Assembly: GCA_023645945.1 (NCBI GenBank)
Contig: JALAIB010000096.1
Coordinates: 1-32,787 of the forward strand
Reading direction: 5' to 3'
Source of the DNA: Diploschistes diacapsis
Taxonomy: Eukaryota
Length of the DNA stretch: 32,787 nt
In this document: piece after piece, positions 1 through 10,537 of the stretch
Numbering within the stretch: the first letter of the stretch is position 1
Layout: every line of letters begins with the position of its first letter
Notes under the pieces: generated by a model
Database searches by the model: none
What the model saw: only the letters and a program-made list of their open reading frames with translations
What the model was told of the DNA's origin: nothing
Made by a program: the position numbers and the translations under genes

Positions 1-554
1 CTACTCCTCCATTCCTTGGCCCACCCCTCCAGGTCCGCAACCTCGTCGACCCACACCGGCACGCTCGCGGTGTAGTACGGTGTTCGGATATGGTGTATTA
101 GTTCCCTTTCCCTTTCCCTTCCCCGGTCCGGCAGCTTCGTACCTCCATCGCTGGCGGGTGGAGGTCGTGTGGACGGCTTATCTTCGTTCCCCTTTTCGTT
201 TTCTTTTTCCGTGTTATTGGGGTCTTTATTGTTTGAGAAAGAGGAGGGGGAGGGAGGGGGTGGAGGGCAGAGTGCTGGTTTCTATCGCGTTAGATTTTGT
301 GGTTTAGGCTTAGTTCGGGTCTATTGAGCTTGATTCCGTTCGGCTGCGTTCGGCTTGGATAGATAGACGGACGGACGGACGGAAGGACGGCCATGGGGTG
401 GTTGGGAAAGACGGGATGTTTGGAGAAATAGGGGTAAAAGGGCGAGGAGGAAGTGGGGGAATTGGAGGTGGTGGGACCTACCGCCTAGAATGGGATCTAG
501 AGGGGTGGAAGGGGGCGAGAGGAGGAGGATTCTTTTTGGGTTGGGGATCTCCAT
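1..554 (-). CDS. IRC6: Irc6/AAGAB (alpha/gamma-adaptin-binding protein p34)-like protein, 5' part; runs off the window start
   Basis: ATG at 554 (MEIPNPKRILLLSPP). Exon 1 is 554-482, intron 481-275 (GTAGGT...CTAAC...CAG), exon 2 is 274 to <1. Exon 2 reads ALCPPPP...LIHHIRTPYYTASVPVWVDEVADLEGWAKEW. The NPxRIL start and TxYYxAxVPxWxDE motif are recalled from fungal Irc6/p34 proteins. Confidence 0.8.
366..389. repeat. (GACG)n tetranucleotide microsatellite inside the IRC6-like intron
   Basis: GACG x4, then GAAG, GACG, read directly from the sequence. Confidence 0.8.
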
Positions 555-1379
555 TTTTTTTCTTTTATTGTTTTTTGTGTTTTGAATCTGGGATTGTAGA
601 GCTTGGGCCTTGAGAAGCGGGATGGGAGCGGGAGACGGGGTATGGGGCAGTGATGTGTGTGGGTGGAAGATGCGGTGGTAGGCTGGACGTTTGTACTAGA
701 GTTGTATCATGGAAACGGTGGAGGGAAATCGGGTGTAGCTAGGTGGAGATAGTTCGAATAGGGTAGATCTCATGTACAGTTACTCGTGTTCCTGTTTTAC
801 TTACTAGATGTGCCCGTTAAGGAGAGAGAGGTTGTGTGTATGTGAGGTAATGGCGGTCCCAAAAAAATGTTGTGCACAATAGACGAACTCAAAGTTGCAT
901 CTTCGACAGATTTGGTCTGAATGAATCTACCAAATCTGCTGGGTTCCCAGAAATTCACCGATAGTGGTGGAGATCAACAGCAATAGATTCCCATAAAAGA
1001 GCTATACAGGATGAATCACAATCAAGCAAACAATCTTTAGAAAGTTCGAATCAACATCAGAGCTTCTTCATTGTCATTGCTATCATAACCTCATCAAATT
1101 CGAGCGTGTACACATCAACCCAGTATCAGAAGTCCGCCCACCATCAATCAAATCCCAAAAATCCCAAACCCAATGGTAATTATATGCTGATGAAACTCCG
1201 AGACGTTTCCGCCAATAATGACACCAAACCATTCATTCGCACGCTGGTTAGAATATAGATGCTTTCCTCCCTTCCCTTGCAAGAAGCGCTGGCCCGCGAC
1301 ACCAGAAATCCTGCTCTGGAAGCCATCCGCTGTACGCGAATAAAGCTGCCTGAAATCGTCCAAGAACCCCACCAGGCGT

Positions 1380-3282
1380 TTACTCGGTTGATCCGGTCGT
1401 GATCGCGGAGATGCGTGCCCCAGCCGCCCTACCCTGGCTTCCGTCAAATACAAATGGCCCAGCCTCGTTTGTGGGCGTCACAACACCCTCCAGCATCTCG
1501 ATCGCGACCCTTGGGTCCCGCAGGTTGTGCGATGGTGTTCGTGCTACGGGAAAGGGCTCGGCGAGTGTCTCTGAAGTGTTGCCTTCTCTCCGCCTTTGAA
1601 TTGGCCTGGCCCCAGTGGCTTCCTGCGGCTGGAGACTTCTACCATCGTTGAGCGCAACCTGATTTACAATCTGCGCAAGGCTCTCGATACTGGCGTCTGC
1701 GGGACCATCGGTGGCAAGAGTACCAGAGCGGTTTCCGCGCGAGGTGGTCGGTGCGGCATCGTCGTCCTCGACGCTCGAGTGATCTTCCTCGTCACCTTCT
1801 TGCCACGTGTCGATCGTATCTTCTACGTCGGCCTCCAGGTCGGCGACGGCGCGACAGTTGGGACACAGAAATTGCGGGTAGAGTTTCTCGTTGTTGAGAA
1901 TGGGGCGGATGCATTTGAAGTGCCAGACGTGGGAGCAAGGGGCGACGAAGAGGGATTGGCAAGGCTATGGGAAGTCAGTGATCCGTCTCGGACAGGGGAT
2001 TCAATGCGACTTGCAGCAACGGCCATGAGACAGATGGAGCATTCGGTGGAGTTTGTGGCGACGTCGTCGTCCTGCTTCGAGGAAAGAGCGCGGAGTTGCC
2101 TGTGCGTCGCCACACTGCAGCAGTCAGAAAATGCACACAGACAAGTAAAAAGAAGACGACTCACTTGAAGCTGTTCAGGCTCTTCTGCCAGGCGCGGTTG
2201 CATTCCACCCGTATCTTGACGGACCTGAATATCGACTCCTCTCCTCCTCGAAAGTCCATTCCGAGTTGGACAATATCGCCATCGTTCACCGGGAACGGCC
2301 TCGATTCGGTGCTTGGCTGACTAAGCCTGATGTGATTCAAGAACGTTCCCGACGAGCTCTTGACGTCCTTCACATACCACTGCCCCTGCGAGCACCAAAA
2401 CTCGCAATGTCTTCGGCTCACGACCTTCGATTTGAAGCCGACCGGAGCAGCAGATGGAACGTTGGGCGCTGGACCGGGGCTGGAGTCGCGTTCGGAGTAT
2501 CGGCCAACGCGGATGACGCAGCCTTCGTGAGGTAGTGTCCGTGAAGTGGCGGAGAAGGCAAGAGAGGGCTTGTTTGATCGTGGGTCTTGATAAGGGATGA
2601 ACCTTATGGTGGGCATCTGATCTGCTGGCAGACCGGCGAGGCTGGAAGCAGCGTCTGGCATGTTGGAAGCCATGTTGTTGGTTCTGGTGCTGACGATGAA
2701 AGAGGGTGGGCTTTGTGACTCTCGATCACTTGATGAGAAGGTTGAAGAAGTGTCTTGTGGTGTTTGAGCGTTCGGTCTGAGTACGGCGTTGGTTGTGTTC
2801 GTTGTTGTGCTCGTTCTCCTCCGCGCCATACTCCGTGAGATTCTCGCGCTCTCGGAGGTGACAGACTCGGTCGAGTTCACAGACGCCTCGCCTGGCGACC
2901 GTGCCCTTGTGGCTACTGCTCCTTCTTCGATGGAAGGTAGAGTTGCTCCACCGACTACGGACGGGTTTGCGTCGAGGTCTGGAAAATACCCGATCGTTTG
3001 GTTTTCCGCAGGTCTCTGGATGGCTGGTGGGGAGGTTACTACCAACACTGGGCCGTTGGAAGATAAACCATTGCTGGCGGGATTTGAAACAGTAGAGTCG
3101 GTGAGCAGTGGAGAGGCTGGTGTTTGCAGAGGGCTCTGAGGAGCGTGCTGGAGGTTTGAGATGTGACGACTTAGAGATTTGAGTCCTCTGAGACGCTTGG
3201 AAGTGCGCTGTGTAGTAGTAGCACTTTGTCCTTGTGGGGAGGAAGAAGCCAAGCTTGCGGGAGTAGGCGGGGTAATGAGCAT
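1380..3282 (-). CDS. DMA1: FHA + RING-H2 E3 ubiquitin ligase (Dma1/Dma2, Chfr-related)
   Basis: Exons 3282-2165, 2114-2015 and 1964-1380 (TAA); introns 2164-2115 (GT-AG) and 2014-1965 (GC-AG). FHA motifs: IRVGR, FKSKVVSRRH, DVKSSSGTFLN, GDIVQLG. Spliced RING: CSICLMAVA|PCQSLFVAPCSHVWHFKCIRPIL...FLCPNCRAVADLE. Splice phases are consistent. Confidence 0.95.
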
Positions 3283-4140
3283 GTTTTCCCTAGCCTCCGG
3301 GGGGGGAGGGGTCTATCTATGCAGAGAGGTAACCGGGGATAAGCGGGGAAAGGATGGGCCAAGACTTGGTCCCCGGGTGGGCTGTTTTAGGTGGGCTAGA
3401 ATCTCAGGCGGAGAGGTACAAGCAGTTCAGATATGGGAGACAAGAAAAATGATCATCACAGATTGTCGGATTGCTCTATGGAAAAGAGAAAAGCTGCATC
3501 AAGAACAACGCCGTGGGCCACGCAGCTTTTCTATCATACCTGGAGCCTGAGCCGTGGACTCGGGGCTTGGGGGGGTGGGGGGTGGTGTTTGGACTTGGAA
3601 CTTGACGCTTTTCCAAATTATTATCAAAGCCACCGACTTCTCTTGTCGTCACCTGGCAGGGCTCAGTCAGGGCTCAGTCAACGTACGCGCAGGTGGTCCC
3701 AACTCGGGTTCTAGACCCTGGAGCTAGTACCCGCTCACGGTACTTATACCAATGTTAGCAATGTACAAGCGAACTAATACCACCTAATAGTAGTAGTACT
3801 AAGTGCTCTCTGAACCTAAGTTCCTAAGTTCCGATACGCTGTACTGGATTAGATCATTATACTAGCACTGCCGACCGCGGGAGAGCACCCTTACCTACCT
3901 TGTCCTTGTGGTGGGTAGTCATCCCCATAATAATACCCAGGCGATAAGGAATAACCATGTTGACCAACCAGACAGCCAGCCCTTTTCCACCCATATCCGT
4001 CCCGCTCTCACGAGGCCGGCCATTACGCAGTCTGCTGCTGCTGCGGGTGCTTGCCCAGACCAGGCACCAGAAACGTTGTTGGACGGTGACTCCAGCCACG
4101 CCCAGAGCCCGGTTACTTTAAACCACTACCGCCATCATTT

Positions 4141-4340
4141 TACGATTTAAATATTACCCTATTCGTCGTAATGATCGAATCTATCATTTTTAGTCTTTCT
4201 CGATTTCAAAAACGCGACGACGTTTTTTATACGTCTTAAATCGATTCGAAACGTTTCGACTCGATCTAATTCAAATATTATTTTTAAAACCTCGTTTATG
4301 TTAGATTTAAAACAATTTCACAACTCTATTCGTTTATATA
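4141..4340. repeat. AT-rich degenerate (RIP-like) repeat relic
   Basis: About 28% GC by hand count, against roughly 50% in flanking genes. TA-rich, no GG dinucleotide, and nearly all G residues are in CpG. Directly abuts the MITE. Confidence 0.55.
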
Positions 4341-4549
4341 ACGTCTTTCACCACAAAACGGGTTACACCACAAAGTGGGTTACTCATTATAATGTAGATG
4401 CGCTAGATAGTTTTAAGCGAGCTTTTGAGCCCCACAACGACACATAAAATTATTTGTACGAAAGGTGAAAATGTTAAGAAATACATTTTACGAAGGTGCA
4501 GGGATTGTAACCCGCTTTGTGGTGTAACCCGTTATGTGGTGAAACACGT
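4341..4549. mobile_element. Non-autonomous MITE (209 bp) with Fot1/pogo (Tc1-mariner superfamily)-type terminal inverted repeats
   Basis: 43-bp TIRs at 4341-4383 (ACGTCTTTCACCACAAAACGGGTTACACCACAAAGTGGGTTAC) and 4507-4549 with 40/43 identity. Both start with ACGT and contain an internal 17-bp direct repeat (CACCACAAA..GGGTTA). Left flank is TA, right flank TG (decayed TA target-site duplication). No coding capacity. Confidence 0.85.
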
Positions 4550-6294
4550 TGAAGGACTTGTATTTTCGATTCTTATTAATAAGTTTGCTTTGTCAGCTGA
4601 AGCTGAAGCTGAATTACCCCAATAATTTCTTACATGCGATTATATTTGCCGTAAAAAAACTCCCCTGGGCTAGACAAGAACCAGCCACACACAAGCATTG
4701 ATCCTGAATAACATTTCAAACGTAATTATTTGAAAGTTTACGGCCTGTAGATAGTCGTTAAATTTAGATTTTAATAACAACAAGTTTTCGATGCGATGCG
4801 GACATAATATTATAAGGCGGCTGTAATCTGGAGGTGGCCAGGATCAGCAACCAATACCTTAGCGTTTGCTCGTTCAGATTCCCACCGTCTCTCCCGATAT
4901 GCCTCAATCGGAGAACCACAAAATCCCATCATGATGTATTCAACTCGATTCCCGCCTCGCCAATTCTATCCCCGGGCATATCTCTACCTCGATGCCGCTG
5001 ACCGGGCCTCTCCTTCCGATACACTTCGCAGAAAGCCACAATTCGCTTAAGCATCGAATTCTGAACTGGCTATGCTTCCACACCATACTTGTGGCGCCTC
5101 CGTCCTGGTCCGTTCGAACGCCCGCATCCCGTCAACAGGGTTCGCGAGCTTATCTATTGTTGCTGCATCGAGATAAGGCGTACGGAAATTGACACAATAT
5201 CTCGTGCTTCCATTGGGTAGAAATCAAGGGTTTTGAAGCAGACTCATGCAAAGCAAAAAGCAAAAAGCAACAAGGGCAAAGTCATGATGTTTTGATTAGG
5301 CTGCGGGAATCGGGCACTGCGTGCACGAGGAATCCGATCATGTGCTGCTCACCATGGGTTTTCGCTTGCACGCGAGCTGTTGCCTCTGTTGTTTACTCCT
5401 CCTCCCGTACGAAGGATTCCTGCCGCAAAATGCGTGCAAGTTTGGGAGAACCAAAAGCCGACAGGACAGGTTGGCAGTGGGAAAGTCTAGGCGGACTACT
5501 CGATACCTGGCTTGCTTTGCATCTCCCTGCAATCGGTATTTGTACAACTATCTTCGTGGCATCTCGCAAAGCCCATCCCATTCTCCTCGTTGTTTCCTCA
5601 CTGCTTAGAGGCTGGATGTTACTCCAGAATCATGGACCGCCCCACCGATACATCGGTAAGGCTTTGCTCTCGAGTCTAGACCAGCTCCCGTGCATCCGTT
5701 TCAACCTTGCTTTTCCCGCTTCAATCTCACTCTCTTCCTACTGGCCAAAGCTATGATACTCCTCTTGATATCTTCGCCGAAAGAGACTCAAAAGGAGTGA
5801 CGTGGGAAATGAAGCTTCTAAAAGGAGGAGAGAAAGAATACGGCGTACAGGGTACTGGAGACGCCACACGGCTGCGAATTATGCACGAGCTGCCAGCATG
5901 TCTGCAACGGCTGGAGACAGACAACCTTGACAACATCGTGCTGCTTCGTAGCGCTTTGCCGCAAATTGCAGACCGCGTATAAAATCCCAGCAAGCGGAGG
6001 TGGGATTTCGACTTTCTATTGTTTTCCACCCCCATCTCTTCGATCGGATGATGCGTGTTCCGAGTCCGAGAGGATAAGGATTAACAGTCACATGGATACC
6101 GAGCATCTTGCAGGAAAAGAAAGTATTAAAATTAGACGAAGGAGCTGCTTACGAGCCCCAACATCCTTGAAGGGAACACCAATTGTTATTGACATTAGTG
6201 TATTAGGTGCGTTGTAGATACCACCATCAACCAATAGACCGTATGAATCGTACAGTGCCTTCATCACCTATCGCTCCGCAGGTCAGAAACGGCA

Positions 6295-7587
6295 CTATTT
6301 TCGGCTTGCACTTCTGCTTTTAACCCTACTAGTCTCCGTCACCTTGAGGATCCTTCTCAAAGCTTTGTCTTCTTCATCATCCCTGTCCTCGTCTATGGCG
6401 ATTTCGCTACCGCCGCTACCATAATCACCTTTCCTACTTTGCACGATCTTCAAGCGATTGTAGGCTCGCAAAGAAGGTTCCCTATCAGGTGCGGGAGTGT
6501 AGCAGTATTTGTCCCTTGTGATTGACACTATGCGCTGTTTCGTATCTCGAGATTCGCCCGTTGCCGAACTGGATGATGATGGGCTTGGAATTGAGCTTGC
6601 CGCCGTCGAGACTGAAGCTTTGTCGCTATCCGATGTATTGATGCTCCGTGGGGTCGAAGAACCCCTGGAATGACTCTGTGTCGCACCCCCCTCCAAAGCG
6701 TGAATGGGCTGCCTGAACCCGCTCCTTGTAGACCGTAAGCTTGAGCTTGCTGATGATGATACTGACCCGCCCCTGGGACGAATGCTAGGACTTGGTACCG
6801 CTCTGGCCGCCCTTCCGTGAATATCATGATCCATCACCGATTCCCGATGACCGAACCTGCTGAGCCCAGGCTTGTAGTAGCTTTCGACTTCGTGAACATC
6901 CGGATCGAATATGTCGTCGGTCTCATCATACTCGTTGCAATAAACAGGCGAGCGCGAACGAGGCGGCTCCTGGGGTTCGACAACCTCGATGATGCGGTCC
7001 CTTATCACGGAACGGCCTCTACTTTTGCTTCGTATCCGTCTCGGGCTGGTGGAGCGTCGCTTCCGCACCCATTCCAGTTGCCTTGATCGGCTCTGGCTGC
7101 GTGTAGGCTGGGATCGGACTTGGATGTATTCAATTTGTTTGGGTCGGCTGAGACTGCGGGACGGTCGGGCTTGTACTTGGCTATGTTTAATCCGGCCTTG
7201 AGTTGGTGTTTGCTCGATTACTGGCGGTTTGCGTCCAGCTTGAACAACGCCGCTGTGGCTTTGACTTCGAGAATGGCCGGAAGCGGGAGCTATAGTGATA
7301 ACGTTGGCATCAGGTGTCGGCACCGACAAGTACTCCTGGCTCACACTTCGAGATCTTGTGTGAGCGTGATCGATAATGGGTGGTAGGTGGTGCGGGTTGG
7401 ACGGAGGTGTAGGAAGTTTCCCTCCCAGTTGGGAATTTGGAAAGTCGTGACATGACAGAGGTCGTGGTTTTCTATCCGGAGCATATTCGGCCGAGTCAGG
7501 TTTGTTGTAGTAGCCAAAATACTTCGGATGTAGTTCGACTGCTTCGACCTTTTGAGGTTTCGAAGTACTGAAGGTAAACCAGAGCAT
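6295..7587 (-). CDS. Hypothetical Ser/Arg/Pro-rich, probably disordered protein (430 aa, single exon)
   Basis: ATG-initiated, uninterrupted 1293-bp ORF with many RSxS motifs and no recognisable domain. Confidence 0.6.
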   Translation of the reverse strand: MLWFTFSTSKPQKVEAVELHPKYFGYYNKPDSAEYAPDRKPRPLSCHDFPNSQLGGKLPTPPSNPHHLPPIIDHAHTRSRSVSQEYLSVPTPDANVITIAPASGHSRSQSHSGVVQAGRKPPVIEQTPTQGRIKHSQVQARPSRSLSRPKQIEYIQVRSQPTRSQSRSRQLEWVRKRRSTSPRRIRSKSRGRSVIRDRIIEVVEPQEPPRSRSPVYCNEYDETDDIFDPDVHEVESYYKPGLSRFGHRESVMDHDIHGRAARAVPSPSIRPRGGSVSSSASSSLRSTRSGFRQPIHALEGGATQSHSRGSSTPRSINTSDSDKASVSTAASSIPSPSSSSSATGESRDTKQRIVSITRDKYCYTPAPDREPSLRAYNRLKIVQSRKGDYGSGGSEIAIDEDRDDEEDKALRRILKVTETSRVKSRSASRK

Positions 7588-8499
7588 GATCTATAGAGCG
7601 CCCAGGAAAAAACAAGGTTCGTCGATGTCCAGCGAAGACAGAATATGTCCAATTAAGAACCACCGGGATTCAAGAAGAACAAGATAATTAGAAAATACGA
7701 AGCACTGCCTACAGAAGAATCGAGTCAATCCCTCATGGTTATATATCATTGCATTAAGATATGTTCAGATACCGACGCGAGTTAGCCGCTTTGCATGAAC
7801 AGCGACCGCCAAAGGTAAAGCTCTGAAAGAGGTATTGGATGCATCACCACCAATGGATCGTAAAGCTAATGCCCAAAAGAGATGTAAATGAATCTGAAGC
7901 AGTGTGAGGCAGTTTGAAGCAGCATCGACCCCTAGCGATTGCCCATTCAGCCGCAACCGCGGCTCAATTATGCACGAAGAAATCGCATGTCACCAGTAAA
8001 ATGATGGAAATAGCTGGAGGCTATATTGGGAATCTCCGCAATCAGATGTTGGTATCCAAAGATATCTAGCAAAGAGTCCGGAAGAGCGTCGAACCCTGAC
8101 ATTTCAGAGCTACTGCCGCCTGGCGCTAACTCACGCAATTGCTTGCCTATGTAGAATATAGATCAACCTCAGAGCTGGACTAAGCTTTGTTCGGCCACTG
8201 ACTCCCGCTCTTGTTCTGACTTGAAAGCTTGAGAACATGCAGTGCTTATGAAACTTCAAACTTGGAGTAAAGCGCTTAGAGAAACCGAGTGGAGTTCTTT
8301 TGTTTTCAGCCTTACCAGCGGCCGACTGCTCATCGCACTTTAATTGGATACCTAAGCTGTGATATTCTTGGCATCTAGTTACAGGAGGTAGGCAGGAATT
8401 TGGGTACAACTGCTATTTCGAGTAGAAGAACTGACTGTCTATGGGTATCAACATCGCATCAAGACTCGGAACGACGCAGGGCACTTGTACAATCTACCA

Positions 8500-10223
8500 T
8501 CAACCGCAAATCATCGCCGGTGCAGCCGTTTCTCCTTGCTCCAGCCCATCCTTGACGTCCTGTTCTTGCCTCACTGATTGCGCGTTCGTCTCAGAACGGA
8601 GCTTCGACGCACTCGCTTCCTCTTCAGCTAATATCTTCCTTTCTTTTTTGCTCAAGGTAATGCTACCTTTTTCCATAGCTTCTTGAGGCAACGGCCGCAC
8701 ATACGGCTGGCAAACCCACCAAGGCCTCTTGCATGCTCGAATAGCTCTTAAGGAACTTTCGTGATCGGTGATGTTTTGTTCCTCAGTGTCAGCCTCGTTG
8801 CTGTTATCTTGAGTATCCTCGTATTTATCAGGGTTTGCCTGATAATCAAGCAACCCTTCTCTGACGGCTCGCTCTGTCAGGTTAAGCACATTCTCGAAGG
8901 CGGCAATGTCTCCTGCCCTCGAACGTGCTAAGGCATCTCGAACCTCTGTATGTACGGCTACCAATGGCCGAAGTAGGCGGAAAAGGTGCGCTTGCAAAGC
9001 CACCAAGTTTGGATCCATCGATTTTTCGCTTTTTGTGCTTTTCCCATGCCCCTGCTTTTGTCTTTTATTTGGGGGAGGCTCGTCCGCAAAGTCATCACCT
9101 GAATCAGGGGTTTCTCGTGCTGGATCTGAGATAGAGAACAAAGGTTTCCGCTTCGGCTCTGCAATCTCTAGAACATACTTGTAGATAATAGACATATAGC
9201 GCCTAAAGACAAAGTCCATTCGATAGCCACCCCGTCCATCACGGCCTTGCCAATAAGCACGATCATTCTTCAATGTTGAAGGACGACCCGCGAAGATGGT
9301 AGGGTCATACAAGTTGCCCTCTGCCGACATGACTCCATCTGCACCGGTAGCATCAAGACACCGATCAATGTCCTCGTGCCGAAGGATATTCCCATTTGCG
9401 AACAAGACCGTCTCAGGGGGTAGATTTTCTCGCAAGTAGCGTATCAAGGACCAATCAGCAAGACCAGTTTTGTGTCCTTTCTGATCTCTTTGACGAGCAT
9501 GCACGGCCAAAATGCTGGCTCCAGCAGCAAGTATCTTCTTCGCGTATGCAAGCGTCTTCTCTTTTGTCTCCAGAACCCGAATTTTGGCAGTGACGGGTAT
9601 GTCAAGATTTTTGTCCAGTTCGCTAATCATATCGTACACTATATCCCAATCTTCTTGTAAAAACGCTCCGTAATGGCCTTTCTTTGCTATTCCTTGAGGG
9701 CAGCCCAGGTTAAGGTCAACTGCATCGCAGAACGGCTGGACATATTTCGCTGCCTGCAGCAGCTCCTCAGGCTTATTTGCGCAGAACTGCACCATTAAGG
9801 GCCGGTCTAAATCCGGACGGCCATCCAGGTAGATATCGGACGCCACGTTGGGCGAACCATACTCAGGTATGGACTCGAGTGGGAACCTCATAGGCTGGAA
9901 ATGGCGTGAACGGAATTTCGCTATTCCGGCGAAATGTCGAGCATGAAACATTGGACTGTATGCTAGTAGTGATTTTGCATCCTTTGGACTCATGAAGGAT
10001 CGAGTGAGCAGTCGCCATGCCTGTATAGCTTTCAGTCAACTTCACACAAGGGTTTAGACGGTAAAGCCCCTACGAACTCTGATTGATCTACCATAGGCGC
10101 AAGCACCATCTTTGGGCTGCCAATGCTTTCATAAAAGGCACGCCCTGTAAGCTTGCGCCGCGGCGCGCCCTGCGTTTCTGTCATGCTTGCGAACAGCCGC
10201 GAGAGCTGTCCACGCCTTCTCAT
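8500..10223 (-). CDS. DUS1: tRNA-dihydrouridine(16/17) synthase
   Basis: Exon 1 is 10223 (or second ATG 10184) to 10074; intron 10073-10021 (GTAGGG...CAG); exon 2 is 10020-8500. Motifs: LAPMVDQSEF|AWRLL, YSPMFHAR, DRPLMVQFCAN, VDLNLGCPQGIAKKGHYGAFL (catalytic Cys), PVTAKIR, ANGNI, GVMSAEGNLYDP. Confidence 0.95.
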
Positions 10224-10537
10224 AAATAGAAGAGTCTCTGAATAAAGTTAGACAGTATCAAGACAACTCTCTTCCAAGTTGCTACTACCTTAATCCGGGC
10301 TCGAGTGAGTGTGACCTTGCACTGGTACCGCGCACGCACGTACGTGTGAGTAGAGTAGGCAATCAAGTGATTAAGTAAAAAACCACGCTCGGAACCTGAT
10401 CCGGAACGCTTAACTTATCCGCCGCGCTAATCTCGATTAAGGGTCCAACCACCTTCGAGTCACTCGGAGCTTCGCTGCCTTGGTCATCCCCTCTCAATTG
10501 TTCGACCTTTGATACCTCACAAGATGCGCTGGCGGTC
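10224..10537. promoter_or_regulatory. Short divergent (bidirectional) promoter between DUS1 and the DENND11-like gene
   Basis: The head-to-head start codons are only about 315 bp apart. Inferred from gene geometry only. Confidence 0.55.

Noticed and set aside
1596..2168. 190-aa + strand ORF and other + ORFs over DMA1
   Set aside because: Antisense shadows of DMA1 exons with no recognisable motifs.
3657..3832. Short tandem duplications CAGGGCTCAGT x2 (3657-3678) and CCTAAGTT x2 (3815-3830) upstream of DMA1
   Set aside because: Only two copies each, consistent with ordinary slippage; no spacer structure, so not CRISPR-like.
5464..5490. Walker-A-like GQVGSGK in a + frame
   Set aside because: Followed by a stop two codons later, with no preceding hydrophobic strand and no Walker B; likely chance.
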